Positions 9,729-21,200 of a stretch of DNA of 64,000 nucleotides are shown piece by piece; position 1 is the stretch's first letter; each line of letters starts with the position of its first letter. The DNA is from a virus (taxonomy: Duplodnaviria; Caudoviricetes). The position numbers were made by a program, and so were the translations under genes. The DNA lies in the IMG/VR virus record IMGVR_UViG_3300028591_000128, positions 1 to 64,000 of that record. One strand, 5' to 3'. The notes beneath the pieces were generated by a model. That model searched no databases. It had not been told where the DNA came from and was given only the letters and a program-made list of their open reading frames with translations.

Positions 9729-10021
9729 ATTTACACCTCCTTAATAGTAGTATAGCATATTACAACAATACTGTCAACAACATTGTTGATATATGAAGAA
9801 AATAAAAAATTAAGCCGGATTTTACTCCGACTTAATCATTGATTCACTACTGAGCCTGCTTGAACACGAACTTACCACCGCATTCACATTTCAATTTCGG
9901 ATCGTAAGCCTGCCAATTCTCATTGGATTTCTCTTCAAGAATCGGCTGTGGTTTTCCACAGTTTTCGCAGACACGAATGATCTTAGGTTTTTTCGTCATA
10001 TGTCGCAAATCCTTATAAAAT

Positions 10022-10327
10022 TCAATATCTTGGTTTGTTATCAAAAGAATCATAAGTAGATACATCATATCCCCAAGAAATGAGTTCATTTAATCTATCA
10101 CGATAATCATCAAGTAACGGATCATCGAAATCTAATGTAACATATGAAGTTACTGCTGAATCCGAATAAGTATCCAATTCCTCTCTTGCTAATTTGTAAG
10201 CATCTTCAAAAATGGACACAGGATATACTTTCTTGAACTCATATTCACCAAAAATATTCTTATCTTCAATACCATAGCACCGAACCCGTGGTTTATAATT
10301 AAATGATGATTTAATGTATTTCTTCAT
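10022..10327 (-). CDS. MKKYIK-leader protein (putative virion internal protein)
   Basis: MKKYIKSS; acidic body. Confidence 0.7.
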   Translation of the reverse strand: MKKYIKSSFNYKPRVRCYGIEDKNIFGEYEFKKVYPVSIFEDAYKLAREELDTYSDSAVTSYVTLDFDDPLLDDYRDRLNELISWGYDVSTYDSFDNKPRY

Positions 10328-10348
10328 AAATAATACCTCTGTATTTTC

Positions 10349-10729
10349 CTACCATTCATAAGAATCTCTAAATTCTTTATCATGTTCAGCAGTTTCAATG
10401 AATTGGTCAATATCATCATAAATGGATCTTCTAAGATCGTCTATGTTCTCTGGTGAATAGTTTCCATTCGCATCAAATTCCCATTCAGGAATCTCCCAAA
10501 ACGAATGATCTATCGTTGCTACAACTACATGATCATCATCTAACCAAGAATTTCTTCCAACATTTTCAAACTCAGAAACTTCTCCATTGGGATACAGATA
10601 AATATCAACTGGGTATGGAAGATTCTGAAGATGCACTTTCTCCATTACATCTGCAATCTTGTCGTAGTTATCTTCTGCAACCTGTGCCCAGTCTACTTGA
10701 TTGGAACTTGCTTTAACATACTTCTTCAT
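10349..10729 (-). CDS. MKKYIK-leader protein
   Basis: MKKYVKAS; acidic body. Confidence 0.7.
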   Translation of the reverse strand: MKKYVKASSNQVDWAQVAEDNYDKIADVMEKVHLQNLPYPVDIYLYPNGEVSEFENVGRNSWLDDDHVVVATIDHSFWEIPEWEFDANGNYSPENIDDLRRSIYDDIDQFIETAEHDKEFRDSYEW

Positions 10730-10735
10730 AATTAC

Positions 10736-10993
10736 TTATACCCCCCAATCCTCATCATCCTCATCATAAGGTAGTTGACCCTGTAATATTCCAAGCATAC
10801 ATTCAGAAAGTTGTCTAATCAATTCAAATAAGTCATCTGGAAAAACATCTCCAGAAGTTATTCCCATCTTGTCTTGAAAATATCCAAGAACTTCATCAAC
10901 TTTTTCCTCAAGTAACTCAGTTATCTCTTCCTTTGTAATTTCTTCAGATATATCACTCTGATAATTGGACTGTACATTAACATACTTCTTCAT
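10736..10993 (-). CDS. MKKYIK-leader protein
   Basis: MKKYVNVQS; AAAGGAG RBS. Confidence 0.7.
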   Translation of the reverse strand: MKKYVNVQSNYQSDISEEITKEEITELLEEKVDEVLGYFQDKMGITSGDVFPDDLFELIRQLSECMLGILQGQLPYDEDDEDWGV

Positions 10994-11022
10994 AATTATA
11001 TTCTCCTTTATAATATATTATG

Positions 11023-11358
11023 TTACCCAAGCCTATCATCTTTGTAAGCCTGCATATATGCCTTAACTACTGCATTAGCAATCTTCTTAGTATCACCTGT
11101 TAATGTACCAAAATCAGTTTCTACCTGCATATCACCAAGGTTTAACCGATTTAATGCCTTTATCAACTCATTCGTGAAGGTATCCTTATACTGTTCCAAA
11201 TCCTCTTCAACAAAGTTGGTTTCATCAAATGCTTCATCAAGAGCATCGTAGATATATTCTGTCAGTTCTTCTGGTGAACTGTTTACAGGATCGAATCGTT
11301 CTGCACAGGAAATAGTGGCACTATGTGATACACTTGAATTCTTTATATATCTCTTCAT
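11023..11358 (-). CDS. MKKYIK-leader protein
   Basis: Start reassigned to MKRYIKNS (GGAG RBS). Confidence 0.7.
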   Translation of the reverse strand: MKRYIKNSSVSHSATISCAERFDPVNSSPEELTEYIYDALDEAFDETNFVEEDLEQYKDTFTNELIKALNRLNLGDMQVETDFGTLTGDTKKIANAVVKAYMQAYKDDRLG

Positions 11359-11396
11359 AAGACAATATATCTCCATACTAAATTATTTTAGAAAAA

Positions 11397-12023
11397 TTAT
11401 TCAGCATCATCCGCATATTCATCTATAAATGCATAAAATTTATCTGAAAACTCTTGGAAAGCTTCTAAAAATTTTTCATACCAATTAATCCAACCCCTAA
11501 GATTCTCATTACTGTAACCCACTTCTTTGACATCATCAAAGTAGCTAGAAGTAGTGCTATAACTATATTTAGCACGTCGATACTTGAATTTACCATCAGG
11601 ATATATATATACATCATAGAAAGTAATATATTCAGCAAATGGGTCATAACTCAGTCCAAACTGTTCATCAATAGTTCCTACATTATCACAGTAGCAAAAT
11701 TCTTCCTCCATATATTTGCTAACCTTAGAATACCCGCCTTCAACATCATATATTTCTTTTGCTGTAGACAGTATGTCAACTGCATCCGGTACTAATAACT
11801 GTATTTGTCTATCTATATCAAAAAATTGTTCTTTAAGTTGTGCATACTCCTCCTGAAGTGCTCTTTGTTTAGCACCATGTTCATCTTTTTTACGCTGTAT
11901 TTTAGAATTAAGTTTTGCGGATCTACGTGCTTTAGCATCATCAACTGTTTTAGGTTCTCCCACAGTAAATTCTTCCGGTAAATTCTCATAGTAATTAGAA
12001 TGTGCTTTAATATACTTTTTCAT
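11397..12023 (-). CDS. MKKYIK-leader protein with coiled-coil
   Basis: MKKYIKAH; AAAGGAG RBS. Confidence 0.7.
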   Translation of the reverse strand: MKKYIKAHSNYYENLPEEFTVGEPKTVDDAKARRSAKLNSKIQRKKDEHGAKQRALQEEYAQLKEQFFDIDRQIQLLVPDAVDILSTAKEIYDVEGGYSKVSKYMEEEFCYCDNVGTIDEQFGLSYDPFAEYITFYDVYIYPDGKFKYRRAKYSYSTTSSYFDDVKEVGYSNENLRGWINWYEKFLEAFQEFSDKFYAFIDEYADDAE

Positions 12024-12045
12024 AATTATATTCTCCTTTATTTTA

Positions 12046-12327
12046 TTACATGCCCCAAATATCTACTCCAAGATAAGTAAGCAAATCCTCGAACCATACG
12101 GAATCTTCATAGGATTTATTCGGAACAGCTTCTCGCAATACATGCTTGTCACCTACATATACATCCCAAATAGGATCATCATTTGCAGGTACATCTGCAT
12201 CTGGGCTATTCCAAGCATCAACAATATCATCAACAGATTCGAATCGCCATGTTCTTGTATCTCCATCTATATTAAGGCTTTTGAATATAATTGATTCATT
12301 GGAACTTGCTTTAATATACTTCTTCAT
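12046..12327 (-). CDS. MKKYIK-leader protein
   Basis: MKKYIKAS; GGAGG RBS. Confidence 0.7.
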   Translation of the reverse strand: MKKYIKASSNESIIFKSLNIDGDTRTWRFESVDDIVDAWNSPDADVPANDDPIWDVYVGDKHVLREAVPNKSYEDSVWFEDLLTYLGVDIWGM

Positions 12328-12362
12328 AATTAGTTATACCTCCACTTTACACAATATGTTAC

Positions 12363-12722
12363 TTAAAGCAATGACTCTAATGCATTGGCAATTTCCATAA
12401 GTGTACCTTTTGCTTCTTCTAAATCTTCAAGAAGAGTACGTGCAGATGATGGTATACCATTTTCTCCTAACATTGAAGCATAAAGTTCAAATTCTTCATC
12501 AACATCGTATGCTTCGGCACTACGGATAAATTCACGAATAAACCCTTCCGGTGTTCCATCAAAATCAAATTCAGTAGGTATATCTTGACCTGCTGTATCT
12601 GTCCAAAATTCTACAAGACCATAATCACCTTCAATTTCATATCCAACACCAAGATCATCAAGTACAGATTCAATCTGTTCAAAGGTTAAATCATTTTCAG
12701 AACACTTTACATATTTTCTCAT
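12363..12722 (-). CDS. MKKYIK-leader protein
   Basis: MRKYVKCS; AAAGGAG RBS. Confidence 0.7.
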   Translation of the reverse strand: MRKYVKCSENDLTFEQIESVLDDLGVGYEIEGDYGLVEFWTDTAGQDIPTEFDFDGTPEGFIREFIRSAEAYDVDEEFELYASMLGENGIPSSARTLLEDLEEAKGTLMEIANALESLL

Positions 12723-12748
12723 AATAAATATTCTCCTTTATAAAGCGG

Positions 12749-12946
12749 TTAATTATAATAATCAATAAGAACTTGTATTGCACTTTCATCAAGATCAATA
12801 TAACGTCCGTTATCGTTTACTTTAAGTTTTGGAACAAAGTATTCATCTTCCTGCATATTCTGTAATGTTTTCTTTAACAAATCTGCCTTATAAGGATCTC
12901 TGGTTGAACACTTGATAGATTCCATTGATTTTATATATTTCTTCAT
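12749..12946 (-). CDS. MKKYIK-leader protein
   Basis: MKKYIKSM...IKCS. Confidence 0.7.
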   Translation of the reverse strand: MKKYIKSMESIKCSTRDPYKADLLKKTLQNMQEDEYFVPKLKVNDNGRYIDLDESAIQVLIDYYN

Positions 12947-12963
12947 AATTATTCTCCTTTATA

Positions 12964-13494
12964 TCAATCTATACAACTAACTTTAACCTTATACACATGT
13001 CCCATATATCCAAACACAATTTCAGATTTACCACGATCTACGTACTGCGTATCTCCGGTCTCATCATCAATTTCGGTGCAAAGGTCTGGATCAAACTGTG
13101 GGAATTGTGTATTTCCAAACAGAGTGTCAAAGATAATATCAGACATTTCTTTAGAATCCCCAGAACTTAATTTAGAAGATGATTCATCTGAAATTTCCGA
13201 ACAGTTAATAGATGTAGATGCTTCTATAAAATCCCTGCCCAATTTAAGTTCAAGGGCATAGTCTGAATCATAATTGTCAGTTACTCCCCATCCATTAAGA
13301 TAGGAACCATCTTCATCTACACCAGTCCATTCAATATCACTAATAATATCATCAACTGTTGGAAGATTTGTTTCATCAGCAGTGTCTTTCCCGGCATCAA
13401 GAATCTCTTTACGCTTTGCTTTTAATTCCGCTAAATATCTTTTAACTTTTTGCATACCACGATCTGTCAATTTATACATAATATTGTACCTCAC
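12964..13494 (-). CDS. Hypothetical protein, first gene of the leader-protein cluster
   Basis: ORF track; internal IEAS and INCS motifs. Confidence 0.65.
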   Translation of the reverse strand: MRYNIMYKLTDRGMQKVKRYLAELKAKRKEILDAGKDTADETNLPTVDDIISDIEWTGVDEDGSYLNGWGVTDNYDSDYALELKLGRDFIEASTSINCSEISDESSSKLSSGDSKEMSDIIFDTLFGNTQFPQFDPDLCTEIDDETGDTQYVDRGKSEIVFGYMGHVYKVKVSCID

Positions 13495-13680
13495 TTTATA
13501 ATAACGATTTACAACAAAGAATCACCTAATTATACATAAGGTTGAAAGCCGTAATATGAAGTTTATGGATCTTCCAACAGTATAATTTAGTAGTATTTAG
13601 AATATTTAGAATATTTAGTATATTTTACTGTTCTACAAACTCATACCATCTAAGCCAAAAAAAATAAGGATACTATTGAA

Positions 13681-15354
13681 TTACTTCGTGATTTTATTTA
13701 GTTGTTGTTTTAGATCTTCAATTTCCTTCTGTTGTACCTGAACCATTTTAATTAGATACGGAACAAACTTGTCATAGTCGATTGTAAGGAGACTTTGGTG
13801 AAGTCCCTTTGTTTCATCTATTTTAGACTCGTCATAATCATCAGGTACATTTACTACAAATGGAATCTGCTTTAATACATCTTCTGCAATTACACCGTAA
13901 TACTTATCACGTTTTGGATAGCCTTCAAGTATATAAGCATCTTTATAGTCAAAGGATTTCACATCAATATCGAGAATCTTTTTAGCTTCTGATTCTGTAA
14001 TATCTTCAATGTTTTTCTTGGTTAATCTACTGGAAGATGCGGCAGCACCAATAGCAGAACGGAAATTAGCAGGATTGGCAATACTATATGTTGCACCATT
14101 GATTGCTACTTCATTGGAGGGTAAAAATTTTCTTATAATACCGCCATGACCATTATCAGAATATAATCCCATACTGTCATCACCGCAATATAAGTAGCAT
14201 TGTATATTATTTCTATTTTTTGCAAAAAATCCAACTCCGGTTGTAATAGTTGATGTTGATATATATATAGAACCGTTAGTAATTGTTTGTGATCCGGTGT
14301 TTCCAATTTTTTTACTAAGCGCGGTTTTCAATGAGGTATTAGTTCCATCCCAAGTAGTTCCATAACAATTTATGTCAAAATGAGATAAAGCTAATCTTTT
14401 AGTTTCATCTGTAGTACTTCTAATAGTTAATAGTGCAGTGTCTGGCCCTGTTAAATATATCTGTCCACTAGATCCGTCTAGCGTTATTGTTCCATCACCA
14501 TTTATACTCATGCAATTATAATATGGATTAAAATATAATTTACTACTCTTTCTTGCACCCTCTGTCCTTGTCGTGTTATCAGCTGTTGCGCTAAATAGTA
14601 ATTCGTAATTAGCATCTGTGCTATTTGTTGCAGTTTGAATTACAGCATTATTTGTATCTGTAGCAGCAATAGTGACCGTACCACTTGAGTTTGTTACCGA
14701 TACATTAGATCCAGCTTTAAGATTCAATGCTGTCGTGTTATTACCAAGTATTTCTGTACCATTAACTTGAATCGGTCTGTGTGTATTTGTATCTGATGTA
14801 GGAGGTGTATACCCCAGTGCAGTGGTAACTTGCGCTTTGGTTAAAGCAGAACCAGCAGTAACGTGTCCTGTTGCATTAACTGTTACAGATTGATATGTTC
14901 CAGCGGTTACGCCTGAATTCGCATGTGATAGTGTTCGTGTGCCACTTGTTGTTATTGCAGAAGAACTGTCAATCGATATTGGAGAAGTTGCTTTAATGGT
15001 AATAGACGTAACAGTTCCAGTATTAGAAGTTTTGTTGTTCCATGTGTATTTTTCTCCAGTAGTAACCAAAGAAACATCAGTTCCTCCAGAAGCTGCTGCT
15101 TTTGATGAATAAGTAGTATCTACCGCAGATAGCACTAAAGTGTTAGTCAAAGAATATGCCTTTAGTGTCATGTTAGTTCCAGCTTCTATTGTTATTGCGT
15201 CATCTTCAGAAGTAGAGTTTGATTTAAGTGTTCCTCCTACATAGCCTCCAGATGTTTGTGCTCCACTGTATTTTAATGAAGTTATTCCGGATGCATATAT
15301 GGTATTCAAGACCCTGGCAGACCCCGTACAAATCAGATCCCCTACATGTGCCAC
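13681..15354 (-). CDS. Tail fibre/spike protein with C-terminal peptidase S74 intramolecular chaperone domain
   Basis: Thr/Ser/Gly-rich fibre repeats; SSRLTKKNI...YGVIAEDV...IDYDKFVPYLIKMVQ followed by coiled coil. Confidence 0.8.
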   Translation of the reverse strand: MAHVGDLICTGSARVLNTIYASGITSLKYSGAQTSGGYVGGTLKSNSTSEDDAITIEAGTNMTLKAYSLTNTLVLSAVDTTYSSKAAASGGTDVSLVTTGEKYTWNNKTSNTGTVTSITIKATSPISIDSSSAITTSGTRTLSHANSGVTAGTYQSVTVNATGHVTAGSALTKAQVTTALGYTPPTSDTNTHRPIQVNGTEILGNNTTALNLKAGSNVSVTNSSGTVTIAATDTNNAVIQTATNSTDANYELLFSATADNTTRTEGARKSSKLYFNPYYNCMSINGDGTITLDGSSGQIYLTGPDTALLTIRSTTDETKRLALSHFDINCYGTTWDGTNTSLKTALSKKIGNTGSQTITNGSIYISTSTITTGVGFFAKNRNNIQCYLYCGDDSMGLYSDNGHGGIIRKFLPSNEVAINGATYSIANPANFRSAIGAAASSSRLTKKNIEDITESEAKKILDIDVKSFDYKDAYILEGYPKRDKYYGVIAEDVLKQIPFVVNVPDDYDESKIDETKGLHQSLLTIDYDKFVPYLIKMVQVQQKEIEDLKQQLNKITK

Positions 15355-15512
15355 GATCCATCACCTACCTTTCCCATGATGATTTCTTCTTTTATAAGTC
15401 ATCACCATCCTTTCTTAAAACTAGTGTGACGACGCGTCCTGCCACACTATTATAAAAGGTGGAGTTGATCTGCCCCACCTTGGTTAATAAGTTGCTGATT
15501 TATTATTGTGTG

Positions 15513-16151
15513 TTAGATTTCAATGAATTCGGTTGCTTGGATATGCGTGTCAAAAATAGAAAAGAATGGTGCGGATTGATTATCAACTCTTAAATATACA
15601 TCTTGATATCCAGTTGTAATAACAGCTATCCATCCAGGAATACCACCTTGATGGGAATTCCAAGCACCAACTGCTCCCCACCAATTTCCGTTTGTTCCAT
15701 TATTAGTACAGAAATATGTACTTGATCCAAATTTATATAATCCACCCCAACTATAATTTGTGTATCCTGAGGTGGTTATTTTGGTTACATTCGCAGAAGA
15801 TACATCAGAATATACTGCATTATATGGGTTTACAGTTTGTATCCAACGAAACTTATATTCAGTAGATCCTGTAGTGTACATGGACTTAATCATAAATTCA
15901 TATTGCCCATTTGTAATAAGGTTTACTATAGGCATATTCCACCATCGATCTGCATCTGTGTAAAATGCTTTAGTAAAATCATTTGATTGTGCAAATCGAA
16001 CAGATGCAGGATTATTGTGATGACAGATCCTTATCCACACAGAATTATCCGGTTCTACATATAGATTCGTATCATATATAGATTGGAATGATTCTGTAAA
16101 ACTTCCACTATACACAATTCCTTGTTTTGTAATATTACTCATCCTAAGCAC
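15513..16151 (-). CDS. Tail-associated protein, fibrinogen C-terminal-like domain
   Basis: WIRI.HH, YEFMIK, FRWIQ, WWGAVGAW pattern; tail context. Confidence 0.55.
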   Translation of the reverse strand: MLRMSNITKQGIVYSGSFTESFQSIYDTNLYVEPDNSVWIRICHHNNPASVRFAQSNDFTKAFYTDADRWWNMPIVNLITNGQYEFMIKSMYTTGSTEYKFRWIQTVNPYNAVYSDVSSANVTKITTSGYTNYSWGGLYKFGSSTYFCTNNGTNGNWWGAVGAWNSHQGGIPGWIAVITTGYQDVYLRVDNQSAPFFSIFDTHIQATEFIEI

Positions 16152-16161
16152 ACCTCCTTCC

Positions 16162-17967
16162 TTATGTTTCTACAAACTCCCCTTGTGTTAGTAGTGTTCC
16201 GTTATTTGATAAAGATACTGGTGTGTTGTATAATCTCTTTACTTGGTCTGCGGATAAGCATGTTGCGTATAGACGGAAGTCGGATACATTACCAGCTTCA
16301 GCATAATTCGACCCGATTCCTCTTCCAACACTTAAATAATCTAAAGTCATAGTCCCTGTAGCAGCTTTACTTCCTTCATAAACACCATTTCTATATACCT
16401 TAATATTAGAACCATCATAAGTTACTACAAAGTACATCCATGTATTTAATATATAAGTTCCTGCATTATGCTCATAATAGAATTCACCGCTAGGATATTT
16501 GAAACTATTATCACCATACCAGTACCAAGTGGTATTGTTTGTTGAAATATCTGGGCAACTTCCCATAAGTATCTTATTGGATGCAGTATGTTTTCCCCAA
16601 AATGCTATAGTAAATTTATCAAGAGTTATAGAAGGTCTACCAAACACACCAGAAGTAGTAGTTACTTTTGTTGATGTTACATATCTTGGAGTATCGCTAT
16701 CATAAGTGACATTTGTTTTAGTGCCATGATGATTATATCCACTTACATCATATTCTGTAGTAGATCCGAGTCCCATAGTTGAATATCCGACATCAGATGT
16801 ATGTGGTATCCAAGGCGTATCATTAACTCCTTCTTCTAATTTCATATTCTTCATCATGATCCATACATTAGTATTATGTAGATAACCACAATTCATATAT
16901 ATGGTTTGACTCGTTCCTTTACCTGTAAAATCATCAATAGTAGTTGTTCTAAATACAATGTGTGACCATCTATCTGCATTAAATGTATTTTGTATTACCT
17001 CTACGCTTGCATTAATACTATTGGTTCCATTTCCCTGCAAAAATCCAGCAAATCCTATACTACCAGAGCCAGACCCAATAACATCAAATGATAGAGTATA
17101 TGTTGTACTTGGTTTAATAGCCGCTCTATCCCAATTATCATAGTGAAGATATGACCAACTACTATGTGCTGTAGAATTTCTTGTTATCTTAGCACATGGG
17201 ATACCACCATCATATTCTATTGATCTCGTAGACCCACCAGTTGCTTCTGAAAATCCAAATGCATTTGTAGATGTAGAATCAGTATTAGATCCTTTTGCAA
17301 GATTCGGCATAGGTAAACTCAGCGGATAATGCACCACTAATCCCTTTGATAAAATCTCGATTTCTTGTAAAGATAATGCGCTATCATAAATTCTGAAATC
17401 ATTCAATTTACCTCGTATTGCCCCACCATGACCAAATTGAATTATACCATTGAAATGTCCTGTGCCTTTACCGGATGTTGATTCTGCAATCAATACACCA
17501 TCTCTATATGATTTAATACTAGAACCGTCCATAGTCACACAAACATGATGCCATTGATTTTTCATATCATTTGGAATAATTGTGTGACTCGCAGCCCAGA
17601 TATTATTTGTAGTATTATTATGTGTAGAACATGCTCGAAGATTAGAATTAAAACATGCTTCAAATCTGAATCCACTTCCAGATGTACCACTTGCATTAGC
17701 ATCACCTAAGAATAAAATTCTTCTCCAGTCACCTAAACTAGTATCTCCAGTCAACACATTTACCCAAAATGCGATAGTAATATTTGAACCGTCTAATCCA
17801 TTAAGTTCATCACAACTGAAACTTAATGTAGGATTTACACTAAGGTCTAAACATTTTCCAAGTTTACCATCATTTGCATAAACAGGGGTTCCGCTAATGT
17901 AGTTAAGTTTTCCGACACCTTGATTATTTACATCACCATTCAACGGCATCCATACAACTAAACTCAT
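16162..17967 (-). CDS. LamG/concanavalin A-like lectin-domain tail protein
   Basis: Two LamG repeats (TIAFW...WHHVCVT.DG...LNDFRIY; WMYFVVTYDG...SDFRLY) around a CBM-like domain. Confidence 0.8.
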   Translation of the reverse strand: MSLVVWMPLNGDVNNQGVGKLNYISGTPVYANDGKLGKCLDLSVNPTLSFSCDELNGLDGSNITIAFWVNVLTGDTSLGDWRRILFLGDANASGTSGSGFRFEACFNSNLRACSTHNNTTNNIWAASHTIIPNDMKNQWHHVCVTMDGSSIKSYRDGVLIAESTSGKGTGHFNGIIQFGHGGAIRGKLNDFRIYDSALSLQEIEILSKGLVVHYPLSLPMPNLAKGSNTDSTSTNAFGFSEATGGSTRSIEYDGGIPCAKITRNSTAHSSWSYLHYDNWDRAAIKPSTTYTLSFDVIGSGSGSIGFAGFLQGNGTNSINASVEVIQNTFNADRWSHIVFRTTTIDDFTGKGTSQTIYMNCGYLHNTNVWIMMKNMKLEEGVNDTPWIPHTSDVGYSTMGLGSTTEYDVSGYNHHGTKTNVTYDSDTPRYVTSTKVTTTSGVFGRPSITLDKFTIAFWGKHTASNKILMGSCPDISTNNTTWYWYGDNSFKYPSGEFYYEHNAGTYILNTWMYFVVTYDGSNIKVYRNGVYEGSKAATGTMTLDYLSVGRGIGSNYAEAGNVSDFRLYATCLSADQVKRLYNTPVSLSNNGTLLTQGEFVET

Positions 17968-18208
17968 ACCAAATCACCACCTAACATAGTAATCTGATAT
18001 GAAGAAAATATTAAATTCCCATCCCCCAGAAGAAAATAGTTAGCTGAATCTAACCTGGGGGTAGTAAATTTAAGGTATTTCATAACTTATACCTCCTTTT
18101 TCTCTAATGACATACTATATATAGTAGTTATTATTTTTCTATATCCACTATATATAGTATGCCTGATAAAATGATTGTTTTATGGGGAACATATAGCTCC
18201 AAATGCAA

Positions 18209-21200
18209 TTATGCTGTAAATATAAAGTCCATGCTTGATGTTGTATCATTATAACGTAATGTACAAGATTTACTTGTAGTAGTTTTACTACCAACTGCAA
18301 GATCTCCACCGACTCTAAAATGAGGAGATTGTTGCGTTGATGAATCAACATAAAAATATGTTCCCGTTTGAGTCGAACCATTATGAGCAACAAACCATTT
18401 ATGACTATAAGAAGATGGATTGCACCCTAACCACCATACATTATCTCCTGTACCAGAAGTAGAATTAGCTGCTCCACCCATAACAAAAGAACAATATCCA
18501 CCATTACCTCTATTAATACGAATACCTTCTGCCCATGAAGAGTTAGCTGAAGTTATACTGAGACATCCCGTCATCGTATCTCCAGTTTTACTTACTTTAC
18601 CACTGATATCTTGATGAGCAGTAAGTACTTTAGTTCCACCAGAATATAAACATCCGTCTGTTCCAACATATGCGGTATCTTGTGAATATGTCTGCGGATT
18701 AGCTGCTTGACTTGTCGCACCGATTAAAAATATCTTAGATGAAGTATCTGTAGATCCGGCAGTGTTTTTAGTGTCAGTATCTGTGAATTTTGCACCAGAT
18801 GGTACAGAAGTCGCTATTGTATAACCGCTAGACTTCATTCCTCCTGTTGTGCCATTAGTGATTACTACTTGACCCGATGTAGGTGTTGCAGTAAATTGCC
18901 CTATAGCATTCCAAGATGTATAAGTACCATTATTTTTTCCACGAAAATACAGATTCGGAAAATCACCCATACCCATGAACAATTCTCCATTATAATTGGT
19001 ACCACCACCCCAAGTAGCTGACAGTAACATACAACCATAACCACTTGTAGACAATCCTATATTAGAATTATTTGCCCTTGAGCAAAATGCTTTAACAGTT
19101 CCTGCCGAAGTCTGGCATACATAAGCCGTTCCTTCTTTATAAGTCGTGTCTTGATTCAATAATGTTGCACTATCTGCGTTTCCAGTCAAATTACCGCTAA
19201 ATGTACTTGCAACTGTTCCAGTGATAGTCATTGTACCAGAACCATTTATACTTATCTTCTGTGCAGTAGATCCACTATACGGAACAAGCTGTATTCCGGT
19301 AGCACCATTTAATCCCTTTACACCTAATGTACCTGCTACATTTATATCACCAATGGCTACATCATCACCTATGTTATTGTATGTATTATTAGCAGTATTG
19401 ATAGCACCAGTCAATGTCCCACCGGATTTCTTCAAATAGGTAGTATTTATAGCATTCCCATCGCTATCTTGTGTTGCTTTAGTTGCACTTCCTGCACTTG
19501 TCGCATAATTAACTGATTTATTTGCATCTGCTGTGTTATCTACATTTCCAAGACCTACATCGGATTTTGTGGGCTTATTGCTAGAATCAAAAATCTTTCT
19601 CCAACTTCCCCAAGTTGTTCCATTACTAGATCTTACATATAACGGTGTAGTCCTCTGATCTCCAGCATTAGCAGGGCCTGCGAGTTCCCATGTATTATAT
19701 GCATCCTCATTCCAACCTCTTACATGTAGCAAACTCCAAAAATTACCATCAGGCATGGATCTATTACTGAAAAAGAAATTAGATTGATATCGCATACAAT
19801 TTGTAGTTATATCTACGCTTCTAACATCATGCACGTGTATTCCACAAGTAGGTAACGTGCTTTGAGTAGAAGATCCGAGTTGTAATGTACCAGTTAACGT
19901 ACCACCTGCAAGTTTAAGATATGTAGACTTGATTGTATTCCCATCACTGTCTTGGGTTGCTTTTGTAGCAGAAGTTGCTGTTGATGCATTACCAGATAAA
20001 TTACCATAGAAACTTCCAGTTGCCTTAATATTTGGTGCTATAAAATATTCTCCACCTTGAGTACCATTTAGAGTAAGTGAAGCAGGTGATTGAACTGAAT
20101 CATAGTCAGTCCATGTCAGTGATCCACTCTGACTTCCATCTGCATTCTTGAATACTATTTTTGGGTTACTGTCTGCAAATGTACTGGATGCGACAGTTGG
20201 TTTCTGTATAGTAATATAATTATTTGTTTGAATATGATCTACTGTTATCTGATTTCCGTACCACCCACCGTAAGTTGGAACTTCGGTGTAATAAGCACCT
20301 GATGGACTATCAACTATCGCAATGGTTTGTGGCGTAAACGATGTATATATGGTTGCTGAAGTACAATCTGCATCAAATCTGAGATATACATCATCGCTAT
20401 TACTTATAACTTTATATACACCACTTAATCCTCTATGAGAATATACTTGACCATAGCCCCACCACTTAGTACCTCGTGAACCCGTGTACAATACATGACA
20501 TCCGACTCGATTATTTCCGCCAGTACGAATTTGAATTACTTCAATATGTGAATTCCAATTTGCAGTAGATACTTTTACATACCAAACTGTATCAGCAGTT
20601 GGTTGCGCTAATTGTGTGCTCGAAACGTATCTGTCATAATAAATATGATACCCGTCAACTTTATCAGCGTTATCGGCTGTACCTTGTAGATTTCCAATAA
20701 ACTTAGGTGCGGTTACACTCACTGGAAAACTTGATGTGCCATCTGTATTTAATAGCACTGCTTCTCTAGCAACAGCATTAGATGTATTATATTGGCGAAC
20801 TACTGTTTTTTCACAATTAGTCATTCCTCCGTCATCACCAGTTGCAATCTCTAGAACAGTATCTGACTCACCTGTCCCTGTAACTCTGATCCAACCAACA
20901 TCATAAAATGTTGCAGGATTGGATATAGCAATACCATCTTTGAATATTTCAGTAGTACCTGCCGCAAGACTTGTTACTTTCCCGGCAGATAGAGGCATTG
21001 ACACATTATTGTAAGCAATTCTTCCAGTAATCGTATCCCCCGCCTTATTCACAGGAGTATACCCTAAAGCAGTAGTAACATTAGAAGAAGTAAGCTCACT
21101 CCGAATAGTAGCAGAAGATTTGTTCTCAACATTATTGAGTGACATAGCGGTTTTCATGTTTGCAACAGTTGATTTTCTAAAATATCCGTCACTGTTTGCA

